Virus record (IMG/VR): IMGVR_UViG_3300022181_000111
Span: 1 to 52,228 of that record
DNA from: a virus
Taxonomy: Duplodnaviria; Caudoviricetes
Direction: 5' to 3' (one strand)
DNA: 52,228 nucleotides
The notes beneath the pieces were generated by a model. The model searched no databases and was not told where the DNA came from. It worked only from the letters and a program-made list of their open reading frames with translations. Shown here piece by piece: positions 35,559 through 45,969 of this stretch (the first letter of the stretch is position 1; the number at the start of each line of letters is the position of its first letter). The position numbers and the translations under genes were made by a program.

Positions 35559-36023
35559 ATGGCAACATTATCATGGGGAAAGCCCAAAATCAGATTGGTT
35601 AAGTTGGATGCAGGCGACACAGTTCCTGAAGATCCGACATGGATAGCTGTTCCTACTCCTGTTAAAGACTCAACAAAGTTGAGTACGACGGAGGGAGAGA
35701 CAAGAGAAGCGCCGCTCGAAGGTGGTGGATTTGAGGACAGTGCGCAAGGTAAAAATACATATCTTTTTGAGTTTGAGATCTACGCAAAAGCGGGGAGGGA
35801 AAAACCAGTTGAAGATATTGATGGTGTTATTGACGGGCACTACAAAATTGAAATGCAGCCGGAAGATCCTCTTGTTGAAGGTAGGATAATCGATGTTTGT
35901 ACTTTGCATTGTACAGAAACATTTGATGCCGCAATTGGTGACAAATGGAAGTACGTAGCTAAGCCTCTGCAACCGTCGGATGGATCTGCTTCAGTAAAAA
36001 GAGAAGTCGTAACATTTACATAA
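35559..36023 (+). CDS. Major tail (tube) protein
   Basis: LSWGKP start; position; followed by a terminator. Confidence 0.7.
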   Translation: MATLSWGKPKIRLVKLDAGDTVPEDPTWIAVPTPVKDSTKLSTTEGETREAPLEGGGFEDSAQGKNTYLFEFEIYAKAGREKPVEDIDGVIDGHYKIEMQPEDPLVEGRIIDVCTLHCTETFDAAIGDKWKYVAKPLQPSDGSASVKREVVTFT

Positions 36024-36025
36024 TT

Positions 36026-36054
36026 GGGTGAGGGGAAACCCTCTCCCTTTTTTT
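36026..36054 (+). terminator. Rho-independent terminator/attenuator
   Basis: GGGTGAGGG-GAAA-CCCTCTCCC-T7. Confidence 0.8.
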
Positions 36055-36061
36055 AAACACT

Positions 36062-36496
36062 ATGGAAAAGGAAAGATTAATAGAAATAGCAGTTTCCGAT
36101 GCAGTCACCGAGAAGCCTATCGAATTTAGCATAGGAAGGAGAAAATTTAAAATTCATCCTCCGACAATAGGTAAGATGCAGATTCTTTCAAAGTACTTTC
36201 TTTTGCTTGACATCGACGAAGTACGCTTAGAAGAAGAACCTCAATTGGAAGCTATGCGTATTTGTGAATCTAAAGCTGACATTATAGTTGAGTTGATGGC
36301 ATGTGCTACATTCAATGAAAAGGAAGATCTGCTGAATGATAAAAAGATAAAGGAGATGGCAGAATATTTCAAGTGGAACAGCAAAGTTGCAGAGTTTCAG
36401 CTTATCCTATTGTCTTTACTTGCACAGGTGCAATATGAAAATTTTATTACCTCTATTCGATTGACGGAGACATTAAGGCAAAACAAGCCGAAATAA
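36062..36496 (+). CDS. Tail assembly chaperone (gpG-like)
   Basis: Between tube and tape measure genes; slippery A-AAT-TTT at 36439-36445. Confidence 0.75.
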   Translation: MEKERLIEIAVSDAVTEKPIEFSIGRRKFKIHPPTIGKMQILSKYFLLLDIDEVRLEEEPQLEAMRICESKADIIVELMACATFNEKEDLLNDKKIKEMAEYFKWNSKVAEFQLILLSLLAQVQYENFITSIRLTETLRQNKPK

Positions 36497-36726
36497 AGAA
36501 ATTGAGCGGTTCGAATAGAGTGATTGGAGGTCGCTCAATTTGGGGTAGTTTGTTTGATGTAGTGCTTCAAAAATATCATTGGACGTTGGAATACCTTTTA
36601 TGGGGAATAAGCTTTCAGAATGTGCAGATGCTTATTGCTGACACAATGAGCACGACAACAGAAGAGGAAGTGATTAATGCGGATGATCCACGCAATAAGA
36701 GACGAATTGAAGAATTGGGAATATGA
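36439..36726 (+). CDS. -1 frame extension of the chaperone (gpT-like)
   Basis: -1 frame opens at 36439 directly after a TGA; only a weak TTG start of its own. Confidence 0.7.
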   Translation, partial: KFYYLYSIDGDIKAKQAEIKKLSGSNRVIGGRSIWGSLFDVVLQKYHWTLEYLLWGISFQNVQMLIADTMSTTTEEEVINADDPRNKRRIEELGI

Positions 36727-39700
36727 GCGTTCACTATAACATAACTGCTAATAATGATGATTTCAAAAGGAAATTTGCTGAAGTACGCAGTGAGATAAGA
36801 AGCAGTGAGGTTACCGCTCAGAATGCGTCCGCAAACATTCAATCATCTATCAAGAAAATGGCTGTTGGCATTGGCGGTCTTTTTGCCGTTCAGATGGGTC
36901 AGCAGGTTGTTAACGATATCCAGAGAATCAGGGGAGAATTTCAACAGCTTGAAATTGCTTTTACCACAATGCTTGGTAGTAAAAAGCAAGCAGACGATCT
37001 TATGCGTCAAGCGGTTACTACTGCCGCAAAAACTCCTTTTGACCTTAATCAAGTCGCATCTGGTTACAAACAATTATTAGCTTATGGGATCGGTGTCGAG
37101 AAGCTAAATGATACACTGGTTACGTTGGGAGACGTAGCCAGTGGTGCCGGTGCTCCGTTGAATGATATTGTATATCTGTACGGAACGCTGAATACATCCG
37201 GACGGGTTGCGCTAATGGATATACGTCAGTTTGCAGGCAGAGGTATTCCGATCTATGAGGAATTGGCAAAGGTGTTGGGTATTGCAAAGGAGCGTGTGAA
37301 TGATTTTGCAAGTGCAGGAAAAATTAGTTTTGAGCATGTTGAACAGGCTTTCAAAAATATGACATCTGAAGGAGGTCGATTCAACAACTTAATGGAAAAA
37401 CAGTCAGCAAGTATAGTTGGCTTAAAAGCAAATTTAGGTGATGCAATCGACACAGCAAAGAATGATCTCGGTAAAAAACTACAACCGTTATTTGAAAGCA
37501 CGTTAAAAGCACAGATACATATTGCCGAAAACTATGAAGAAATAGGGAAAACAATTATTGGTCTGGCAGTTGCCTATGGCTCATACAGGGCAGTATTGAT
37601 AGCAGTTTCTGCAGTTGAGAAACTAAATATGCAGATACTAAGGCAGGCGGTTTTGGAGAGAAATCTTGCTGCAATGAGCATGAAGATGCTTTCAAAGGAA
37701 TCAGCTTTGTACATAGCAAGAACAAAAACGCTGTCAATAGCAAAACAGGGATTGGGAAAATCGCTTAAGTCCTTACTTACTTTTTTAAATCCAAATCCAT
37801 ATGTGTTAGCAGCAGCTGCGGTTGCAGGTTTAACTTTTGCAGTATATAAATTGGCGACAGCAGATAATGCGGCAGAGATTACGGCAAAATCACTTACAGA
37901 AGCTCAGAAAAGAAGAACTCAGGCAACAGAGGATGAAAAATACAAAACAGAGGAACTAATAAATAAACTGAAAGACGAAACTCTGACAAGAAGAGAGAGA
38001 CAGTCAATCATAACCGAACTTCAGAAGAAGTATCCGGAGATCTTCAAAAATTTGGATATTGAAAAAGCAAAATATCTCGATTTAAGCGAAATGATAAAGC
38101 TTGTCAACGATGAATTGGAAAAAAAGTCAAGGATACAGTTACAGGATGAAATATACACAGCAGAAAACCTTTTAGGACGTATTAAAAATGGTAATAAAAT
38201 ACTATCACTCAGAGAGAGGGATGAGGCAAACAAAATATTGGATTTAAAGTGGGGCGAGAGTGTTTTCATTGATGCTAATGAAATTATTAAATCCCTGGAG
38301 AAGCATGTAAGCGGACTAAAGGAACAGGAAACCTCAATTTTGAGGGATTCCTATAATGCCGTGTCCAATGAAGAAAAACGAAACCGTCTAATCATTGAAA
38401 GAAATAAGCTGCAGGAAGAATACGACAATCTTTCAAAAAAGGATACCGCTTGGGGTGGTGGATTTGCTAAAAGCACTCAGTTGGAACAGCTGGAAAAACG
38501 AATCCTTTCTATTAATGAAGAATTGAAGGGTTATGGTTCAACTGTTGGTGATGTTGTTTCACAAAATAAAGCTTATTGGGAGGAAGAAAAGAAAAATGCA
38601 GAGGAAGCGTTAGGACTTCTTACTGATAAAAACACAGCTGAAGAGTGGGCAAGTGCACGTGAAAAAGTTTTAAAGGCAGAAACTGAACTAAAAAAATATA
38701 GTGTTTCTCAAAAAGAAAAAGGAGAAAAGGAAGACGCTTTTCTATTCTCGGAATTAACAGATGAAAATATAAATAAAATCATCCAGCAAGTTAAGGACTT
38801 CAATGCAAAAAGACAGAAGGAGAATGAAAAAGTAATCACAGATCAGCAGAAAGCGGAGGAAGAAGCAAGGATTCAATACTTTATCGATTGGGGAAATTTC
38901 GAACAGAAAAAGAATGCGCTGATTGAAAAATATAATACTGACGCAAAAAATGCAACCACTGGCGCCGAGAGGGATAGCTTGTTTAAAACACTGATGGAAG
39001 ATCTTAATAACCTCGCAATTGGAGATTTTAAGAATTCTATCAATTTCGCAGACATCTTTTCAAACATTGACGAAAAAAGTGTTGGAGCTATCCAGATATT
39101 GAGAGACAAGCTGGCAAAATATATCGAGCAGGCGGCAAACAGCATGACACCTGAACAGTTAAAGCCTCTTTCAGACGCTCTTCTTGGAATGGACAACGTG
39201 CTCAAAGAAAAAAAACCGTCCCTTGGTCTATCTAAATCTATAACAACAGCAAAAAATGCCTATAAGGATCTAAAAAATGCGGAGAAAGCAGGACTGAGCG
39301 ATGAAAGCATACAAAAGTATGAAATGGCGTTCAAGGACGCTATGGCTTCCGTTGCTTCAGAGATCCAAAACACAATTGGTCAATTTAATGATTTTGGAAA
39401 CATCGCAGTAGATCTGATCGGCAATCTGGCTGGCGATGAAGCTGGTGACATTGCGAATGATATTTTAGGTATCGCCGTGGGAGCAGGACAGGCTGGTGTT
39501 GGTGTTGCAAAATTATTTTCAGGAGATATCATTGGTGGAGCAAAAGACCTGGCAAAAGGGATATCGGAGGTTGTCAGTGGAATTGTAAACATGAATGATA
39601 AAGCGAAGGAAAGGAATATCGAGGACCTTCAATCAAAAATAGATAAATTAAAGGACTCCTACGATGCACTTGCAAAAGAAATCAATAAAGCATATAGTCA

Positions 39701-40466
39701 GGACGCATCAAGGCTAATTGAGCAGTCCAATGTAATGCTTAAGCAGCGACAAATTGCGCTTAAACAACAGATTGCCGAAGAGGAAGCAAAAAAGAAAACA
39801 GACAAAAAGAGAATCGATTCATGGAAGAAAGAATATGATGAAATCAGCGATCTTATCGAAGATAATAAAGAAAAAGCTGTAGATGCTATTTTTGGACAGG
39901 ACGTAAAAAGCGCAATAAACGATTTCACAAATGCCTACGTATCTGCATGGGGAGCAGGAAAAGACGAAATAAAATCTACAAAAGATGCTGTCACTAAGAT
40001 GGTAAGAGGTGTGATCACTGAGATGATAAAGGCAGATTTTGCTCCTACCGTAGAAAATATCAGAAATAAGATTAAAAACTTCTTGGTGGATGGATTAATT
40101 GATTCATACGAACAGGATCAACTTGACAGAATTATAGAAGCTGAAACAAAAAAAATAAATAATAAATACGGATGGGGGGATAAGTACATGCGTGATATCG
40201 AGCAACAGGGTAGTGCTACCTATGGTGCTTATGAAAAAATAACACAGGATCAGGCTGGTAGTATTGACGGAAAACTCAATGGTATTCAGATGAGCGTAAT
40301 CACAATATCAGAAACGAACAGAGGTATCAAGTCGGTTGCTGATGAAACATATAAACTTCATCTTTTGCAAGTTGACCATTTGGAGCATATAAAAAAGAGT
40401 ACAGCATTATTGACTGAAACAAATGAGAAGCTGGACAAAATTGTAAAGAACACGAATGACTTATGA
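36723..40466 (+). CDS. Tape measure protein
   Basis: 1247 aa helical; AFTTMLGS..A..L...AAKTPF and QFAGRGIPIYEELAK motifs. Confidence 0.92.
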   Translation: MSVHYNITANNDDFKRKFAEVRSEIRSSEVTAQNASANIQSSIKKMAVGIGGLFAVQMGQQVVNDIQRIRGEFQQLEIAFTTMLGSKKQADDLMRQAVTTAAKTPFDLNQVASGYKQLLAYGIGVEKLNDTLVTLGDVASGAGAPLNDIVYLYGTLNTSGRVALMDIRQFAGRGIPIYEELAKVLGIAKERVNDFASAGKISFEHVEQAFKNMTSEGGRFNNLMEKQSASIVGLKANLGDAIDTAKNDLGKKLQPLFESTLKAQIHIAENYEEIGKTIIGLAVAYGSYRAVLIAVSAVEKLNMQILRQAVLERNLAAMSMKMLSKESALYIARTKTLSIAKQGLGKSLKSLLTFLNPNPYVLAAAAVAGLTFAVYKLATADNAAEITAKSLTEAQKRRTQATEDEKYKTEELINKLKDETLTRRERQSIITELQKKYPEIFKNLDIEKAKYLDLSEMIKLVNDELEKKSRIQLQDEIYTAENLLGRIKNGNKILSLRERDEANKILDLKWGESVFIDANEIIKSLEKHVSGLKEQETSILRDSYNAVSNEEKRNRLIIERNKLQEEYDNLSKKDTAWGGGFAKSTQLEQLEKRILSINEELKGYGSTVGDVVSQNKAYWEEEKKNAEEALGLLTDKNTAEEWASAREKVLKAETELKKYSVSQKEKGEKEDAFLFSELTDENINKIIQQVKDFNAKRQKENEKVITDQQKAEEEARIQYFIDWGNFEQKKNALIEKYNTDAKNATTGAERDSLFKTLMEDLNNLAIGDFKNSINFADIFSNIDEKSVGAIQILRDKLAKYIEQAANSMTPEQLKPLSDALLGMDNVLKEKKPSLGLSKSITTAKNAYKDLKNAEKAGLSDESIQKYEMAFKDAMASVASEIQNTIGQFNDFGNIAVDLIGNLAGDEAGDIANDILGIAVGAGQAGVGVAKLFSGDIIGGAKDLAKGISEVVSGIVNMNDKAKERNIEDLQSKIDKLKDSYDALAKEINKAYSQDASRLIEQSNVMLKQRQIALKQQIAEEEAKKKTDKKRIDSWKKEYDEISDLIEDNKEKAVDAIFGQDVKSAINDFTNAYVSAWGAGKDEIKSTKDAVTKMVRGVITEMIKADFAPTVENIRNKIKNFLVDGLIDSYEQDQLDRIIEAETKKINNKYGWGDKYMRDIEQQGSATYGAYEKITQDQAGSIDGKLNGIQMSVITISETNRGIKSVADETYKLHLLQVDHLEHIKKSTALLTETNEKLDKIVKNTNDL

Positions 40467-40822
40467 TAATCGAGGAGGCAATAAAAATGGGTGCTTGTGA
40501 AAAAGCAGGCAAGGCAAAAACGGACAGACAACTGGCAAAGCTGTTTTTTAGTCCTCAGGGGCGTGAATTCTGTCTGGAGCATAACTACCCATCGCTTGAA
40601 TGGTTCCGTAGTCACAACTTCGAAAAATACAATGTTTACGTGGATAAAAATGTAATTGTAAAAGACAAAGATGTTGCTCTGATAAATTCTCATGGGAGTC
40701 TGGAGTATACAGAAGGATATCACAAAGTTATTCTTATGCATGGTGCCGCGGCTGACATAAGGAAAGGCAAATATGCATGTGTTACAGTTGAAGGGGAGGG
40801 CGCAATATGGTTGGAGAATTAA
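40463..40822 (+). CDS. Hypothetical tail-region protein
   Basis: Coupled ORF. Confidence 0.55.
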   Translation: MIIEEAIKMGACEKAGKAKTDRQLAKLFFSPQGREFCLEHNYPSLEWFRSHNFEKYNVYVDKNVIVKDKDVALINSHGSLEYTEGYHKVILMHGAAADIRKGKYACVTVEGEGAIWLEN

Positions 40823-41217
40823 CGATAAATGGTAAGGACGCTTATATAAATTGGGGCATCACTCTCGATGACACTTCTGTTGCCGCACTGATGACACCAC
40901 CTCCGTCAAAGGATTTTACTGAAAATAAGTCAAGATCGATTGACGGGAAAGTGGTAAACATAAAGAACCCGAGAGTTGACGAAAGAAACATCCAGCTTTC
41001 TATTAACATGACCGCTCCGGACAGAGGTACATTTCTATCAAGATACGGATCGTTTTGCGAAGAATTGGCTACTGGACAATTGGATATACAGACAGTCTTT
41101 ACAGGTTCAGTGATTTATCGTACAATCTATAAAGACTGTAGGCAGTTTGAGCAATTCAATGGTAGGATAGGAAGATTTGTATTGACTTTGAATGAACCAA
41201 ATCCTTCGAATAGATGA
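40807..41217 (+). CDS. Distal tail (Dit-like) protein
   Basis: INGKDAY..WG...LNEPNPSNR; position after TMP. Confidence 0.6.
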   Translation: MVGELTINGKDAYINWGITLDDTSVAALMTPPPSKDFTENKSRSIDGKVVNIKNPRVDERNIQLSINMTAPDRGTFLSRYGSFCEELATGQLDIQTVFTGSVIYRTIYKDCRQFEQFNGRIGRFVLTLNEPNPSNR

Positions 41218-42995
41218 AAATTTATAGAAACGACATATTGATTTTTGATGCAGGGTTCGATCTTGAAGGGAGTGAATCTTTCCTGCTTATGGATCACCAT
41301 ACGGTAAGCTTCAAGTTTGAGGGAGCGCTATTTGTTGAATTCGAGAAGGGCGACTATATAACACATGAAGGAACGAAGTTTTACCTGAAAAATCGGGTTA
41401 TTCCGGAAATTAATAATAGAACAAACGGATATATATACGATCTCACCTTCTACGATTTAATGGAGTTGATGAAGGATTTTTTAATCAAATTGGATGGAGA
41501 GACGGACTTTGAATTCACAGGTACCGGTGAGCAGTTTATCGACCTTGTAGTATCATCATTCAAAGATGTAAAAAAAGGAGATTTTCCGCAAGGCATTAAA
41601 AATCATCATTTCGAAAATATGTCTGTTTTTGATGGGCTGAACACGATATCCGAAATATACGAAACAGATTGGTGGTTGAATGGAGATGTATTGAACATCT
41701 CAAAGTGCGAATTTGGCGATCATATTGTACTCAGAAATGATTACGAAGTGGACAGTATTACAACTCAACGATCATCCATGTCCATGATAACAAGGCTGTA
41801 TGCAAAGGGGTCGAATAAAAACATCCCAAACGGTTACAGCAAAGATGGAAGGCTAAAATTAAAAAATGGATATATAGATTTGGTCGAAAACCTTCAAGAC
41901 GATCAGGTTATAGAAGGTGTGAAAATATTTGAAGATGTATTCCCAAAACAGGAGAATCAGATAACTGAAGTTTCGGTTGAAACAATCTCAGGTACACCTA
42001 TATACACAATATTAGGGAACAATACATTTGCTATAACAGCGGATGTAGTAATGCCTGGCAAACCGCTGATGATTGCTTTCACTTCCGGTTATCTTGATGG
42101 TAAGGAATTTGAATTGATAATCAGGGAAAATAACCGTTATGAAATAAAATTCGTCGAAGATGGGGATTTGATAATTCCGAACGAAATACTTAGGCCCGTT
42201 ATTGGTGATCAATTCTTTTTCTTCAATTTTAACGCAAAGGTAGTAATGCCTTCTCTTATTGAAGCAGCAGAGAATGAATTGTTGATCGAATCTAGAGATT
42301 TTCTTAATAAAATCGGTAATGACCTGATATATAATGTAAAAACAAGATCAATATATTGTGAGGATAACAACATTGATTTGGCGGTCGGGCAAATTGTTAC
42401 GCTTGAATCTGATAACATCGGAACGGTCACATCAAGGGTACAGGGCTACGAAAAAAATCTGCTAAACAAACACGAATGTACTTATCAGATTGGAGATTAC
42501 TCGAAATATTCAAGGTTGAAACTTCTAGCGGGTCAATCGAAATCACAAACTGATCTCCTGATACTTAGAAATGAAATAGATTACAGGTTTGAGGAAGCTG
42601 GGAAAAATACAACCTTTTTCGCAAAACCTAAAAAGTACAAGAAGGGTGACACATGGTTTCTCCTCGAAGATACTGTTGTAGGTGAAATCCTTTATAAAAA
42701 GGGAACGCTACTGCAGGCGGTTTACGAAACCGGCACCGAACATGATTGGCGACAGATCATTTATGATGATCCAACCGATACGACGGATGGCATAAACCTG
42801 ATCAGGAATTACGATTTGCGATATGGATTCACCAATTGGGGCGGGGCAGGGCAGTTTGGCGAGTTGACACAGGAAGAGTTTGATTCTCTCCCGAAAGAGT
42901 TTTACACGAGAGAATACAACGTGCTCGGCGATGAATATGGTTATGAATATGCGCTCTCAACAGATGATGATGAGCTTATAATACTTGATGAATAA
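41214..42995 (+). CDS. Baseplate hub/Tal-like tail protein
   Basis: ITRLYAKGSNKNIP, EGVKIFEDVFP; ends with the apparent start of a CBM-like domain. Confidence 0.7.
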   Translation: MKIYRNDILIFDAGFDLEGSESFLLMDHHTVSFKFEGALFVEFEKGDYITHEGTKFYLKNRVIPEINNRTNGYIYDLTFYDLMELMKDFLIKLDGETDFEFTGTGEQFIDLVVSSFKDVKKGDFPQGIKNHHFENMSVFDGLNTISEIYETDWWLNGDVLNISKCEFGDHIVLRNDYEVDSITTQRSSMSMITRLYAKGSNKNIPNGYSKDGRLKLKNGYIDLVENLQDDQVIEGVKIFEDVFPKQENQITEVSVETISGTPIYTILGNNTFAITADVVMPGKPLMIAFTSGYLDGKEFELIIRENNRYEIKFVEDGDLIIPNEILRPVIGDQFFFFNFNAKVVMPSLIEAAENELLIESRDFLNKIGNDLIYNVKTRSIYCEDNNIDLAVGQIVTLESDNIGTVTSRVQGYEKNLLNKHECTYQIGDYSKYSRLKLLAGQSKSQTDLLILRNEIDYRFEEAGKNTTFFAKPKKYKKGDTWFLLEDTVVGEILYKKGTLLQAVYETGTEHDWRQIIYDDPTDTTDGINLIRNYDLRYGFTNWGGAGQFGELTQEEFDSLPKEFYTREYNVLGDEYGYEYALSTDDDELIILDE

Positions 42996-43207
42996 TGGCT
43001 GAAATAAAGAAAAAGAAGGTGTCAACATTGCCGATTGCGTCATCTATCACCGATAAGTACGCAGTTGGTGTGCAGTTCAATCAGGATGGGACTGTTGGAA
43101 ATTCGTTGATACCATACAATCTACTTCTTGGCGCTACCCCTGTTATTTCAGTAGAGGTAGACATGAACGGAGATTTGATAATGACTATTGACTATCAAAA
43201 GATATAG
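42995..43207 (+). CDS. Small tail-associated protein
   Basis: KKVSTLP start; VEVDMNGDLIMT end. Confidence 0.5.
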   Translation: MAEIKKKKVSTLPIASSITDKYAVGVQFNQDGTVGNSLIPYNLLLGATPVISVEVDMNGDLIMTIDYQKI

Positions 43208-43209
43208 TA

Positions 43210-43683
43210 ATGACAACAATAGCGATACGAAAGATCCGGATTGGAAATGACTTTATTTTAGTCTGGGTAATAGAAAGGAACGGAGTTGCGGTAGATATGA
43301 CAGGAGTAACGAATGCTGTACTGACCGTAAGAGCTTTTAAGAAGGATGTAACAATACCCTTCAAGAAGTTGACAAATGGAATTTTGATTGAATTTACTCC
43401 GGCCATCTGTGATACTTTAGGGGTGTATAATTTACAGCTATCATACAGTTTCCACGATGATACATTATCAGATGCTGAAAGAACATGTACGGTAGATATT
43501 GATGCTTTTGAAATAGTGCCAAAGAGTGCGCTTTCGGACGATGCGTCTGAATTTACCGTTAGCTCTGATTTAGCAATCGCATTCAAGGGTGACAAGGGTG
43601 ACAAGGGTGATCCCGGCCCAATGGCTACTGTGTCAATGACTGTGAATGAGGATGGAGAATTAATTGCAACAATTAACAACTAA
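43210..43683 (+). CDS. BppU-like baseplate/adaptor protein
   Basis: IRIGND, GVYNLQL, short collagen-like GDKGDKGD. Confidence 0.5.
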   Translation: MTTIAIRKIRIGNDFILVWVIERNGVAVDMTGVTNAVLTVRAFKKDVTIPFKKLTNGILIEFTPAICDTLGVYNLQLSYSFHDDTLSDAERTCTVDIDAFEIVPKSALSDDASEFTVSSDLAIAFKGDKGDKGDPGPMATVSMTVNEDGELIATINN

Positions 43684-43686
43684 TAT

Positions 43687-45840
43687 ATGACAACAATAAA
43701 TTTGGGTAAAGTAAGAATTACTGACAAGGGAGTGTGGGTACCTGACTATGCAGGAGGGTACGGCATCCTGGATGTGGTCACCTTCGGGAAGGGTAGCTAC
43801 ATGTCAAAAGTGAGTGCGAACTCAGCCGCTTTGACAGATAGGGCCAGCTGGGTACCTTTTGTAGATACAGCATCAATCGAGGAGGCGATACAGGAAGCCA
43901 ATGAAGCTGCCGGACTTGCTGATCAGGCACGACTTGCAATAGAGGGGAATCTTGCAAAATTAGAGCTCGCAGATGCCGAACAATCCTCTCAAATCAAATC
44001 TATCGAAGCCGTCCTGTCTTCTGCAAATCTGGGTCAATCCTCCCAATTAAGCGTGTCAGGACGAAAAACTATTTCTCTCCCGAAAAACGCTTCAAACGGG
44101 GGAATGAGCGTGAAGTTGGAAGGGTTGACAGCGGAGAACTTGGTCATAAATGGGGATTTTAGGAATGGAACGACGGGATGGATAAATTCATCAAACGCAG
44201 TAAATATAAGAATTGATGGTGGAATGATTGCGTATGACTCTACAGGAGTATGGAATGGCATAATGACACCGATTAGCATTCAGACAACCTCTGGTGACAA
44301 GTGCTACATCAGAACGTCGGTTATAGTAAATCAAGATGTGGATAGTATTAATTCGCTCATTGGGTTTTATCAGCCGAACGCTGTGTCTTATAATTACGGA
44401 GCGTTGGTTGCAAATACGATGAAGTCAATGTCGGCAATTATTATTTCATCATTTACCGGGCTTAGCAGCATAAGGCTTAGAACTGGGGCTTTGAGTGGAG
44501 CAATTGTTAAATGGGGTAAAACTTCGCTTATCAACCTAACTCAAATTTTTGGCTCCGGCAACGAACCCGACTTGGCTACCTGTGACAAGGTATTCTCAAA
44601 TTATTTCGAGGGGAGGAAATCCTTCGTTCCAACTGGCAGGGTGAGGAGTGTGGGGAAGAATTTGTTTAATAAGAATGACATTATTCCAAATAAAGTGGTC
44701 GCACCAAATGGTGCACTAAATAATTCTTCTGCTGCTAATTCCAGTAACTATATCCGCATACAGGGGGGGCTAAGTTATTATATTAGCGGTAGAACAGGGT
44801 CAACATACATAGCTTTTTATGATATTAATTACATATTTATATCGGCAATTGCTGGTACAAATATTACATTATCAGCACCATCTTCCGCTGTTTTTGTAAG
44901 ATTTTCGGTTTTATACGCAGATATGGACACATGTAAATTCGAGAGAGGAGCTATTGCTACTGCGTACGACCAATACCGTGAAACATCTCTTTACCTGACC
45001 GCCCCAGAACTCAAATCAGTCCCGTCAACAAAAGACGAGATCAGGAAGGGGGCGAACGGGTATGAGCTGGTTAAGAGAATAAGCGATGATAAACAGATGA
45101 CATCTGCACTTGTGATTGGATTAACAACAATTCTCACTAATGTTGACCTTGTGTTGCTGAATATTAAAGGCACATTCGATAATGTAAAAGCTATAGACGG
45201 CTACTTGGGGTGGATAAAAATCAAAGGAAGTTTTGAAGTCGCCGTTGCAAATAGAGATAATGTTTCATCAGTTGGAGGTTTCTACGTTGGATCTGGATCA
45301 CAGTCGGGAAATGTGTATTTTATTGTTGCAAAAAATAAATATGCCGATGTGAATGCGGCTAAAGCAGGGCTGATAAGTGATTATGCACTATCCACCTTGT
45401 ATTATGAATTTGCCACCCCCGTCATCACTCCCATTTCTTACGGTGGAATCCTTAACAGCGCAGAGAACGGTACTGTCTACCACGAACCAGTGATTGCCGA
45501 TGCAGGGGTGTACGGCACGAATATGCCTATCCTATTAACCGACTATCCGATCAGCGCACTGGAGGAAATAATCATACATAAGGACGGCATCGACACATAT
45601 CTGGACGTGAGTACTGCGGTGATTGCAGCGGACAAACTTTCATTCACGCATCCAAGTCTGGCGAGCGGTGATCTGGTGCTGTTTACCTATGCTTACAGCA
45701 AGGAGAGCACAAACGGCAACATCACGGCTACATTTTACGATTCAAACGTCGTCAAAATCGACACGGTAACCGGAAAGGCTTACAAGATCAACGAAGTAGT
45801 CACAAACGGAGTATTAACAAGAACATTAACGGAGGTTTAA
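43687..45840 (+). CDS. Tail fibre/receptor-binding protein with CBM-like domains
   Basis: INLGKV start, ENLVINGDFRNGTTGW, GKNLFNK. Confidence 0.65.
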   Translation: MTTINLGKVRITDKGVWVPDYAGGYGILDVVTFGKGSYMSKVSANSAALTDRASWVPFVDTASIEEAIQEANEAAGLADQARLAIEGNLAKLELADAEQSSQIKSIEAVLSSANLGQSSQLSVSGRKTISLPKNASNGGMSVKLEGLTAENLVINGDFRNGTTGWINSSNAVNIRIDGGMIAYDSTGVWNGIMTPISIQTTSGDKCYIRTSVIVNQDVDSINSLIGFYQPNAVSYNYGALVANTMKSMSAIIISSFTGLSSIRLRTGALSGAIVKWGKTSLINLTQIFGSGNEPDLATCDKVFSNYFEGRKSFVPTGRVRSVGKNLFNKNDIIPNKVVAPNGALNNSSAANSSNYIRIQGGLSYYISGRTGSTYIAFYDINYIFISAIAGTNITLSAPSSAVFVRFSVLYADMDTCKFERGAIATAYDQYRETSLYLTAPELKSVPSTKDEIRKGANGYELVKRISDDKQMTSALVIGLTTILTNVDLVLLNIKGTFDNVKAIDGYLGWIKIKGSFEVAVANRDNVSSVGGFYVGSGSQSGNVYFIVAKNKYADVNAAKAGLISDYALSTLYYEFATPVITPISYGGILNSAENGTVYHEPVIADAGVYGTNMPILLTDYPISALEEIIIHKDGIDTYLDVSTAVIAADKLSFTHPSLASGDLVLFTYAYSKESTNGNITATFYDSNVVKIDTVTGKAYKINEVVTNGVLTRTLTEV

Positions 45841-45843
45841 GCT

Positions 45844-45954
45844 ATGAACGAAATATATATCAAGGTTTTAGCAGAGAGAGCAAAAGTTGACAGCACATTG
45901 CTGGATAAGCTGCCAGAAGAGGTGAGAGTGGAGGTTGAGAAATTGCTGAAATAA
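45844..45954 (+). CDS. Small helical protein (36 aa), fibre-associated
   Basis: MNEIYIKVLAERAKVDSTLLDKLPEEVRVEVEKLLK. Confidence 0.55.
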   Translation: MNEIYIKVLAERAKVDSTLLDKLPEEVRVEVEKLLK

Positions 45955-45969
45955 TAGACAGAAGTTGCA

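Noticed and set aside
43584-43610. CAAGGGTGA x3 tandem repeat
   Set aside because: Encodes an ordinary collagen-like GDK linker
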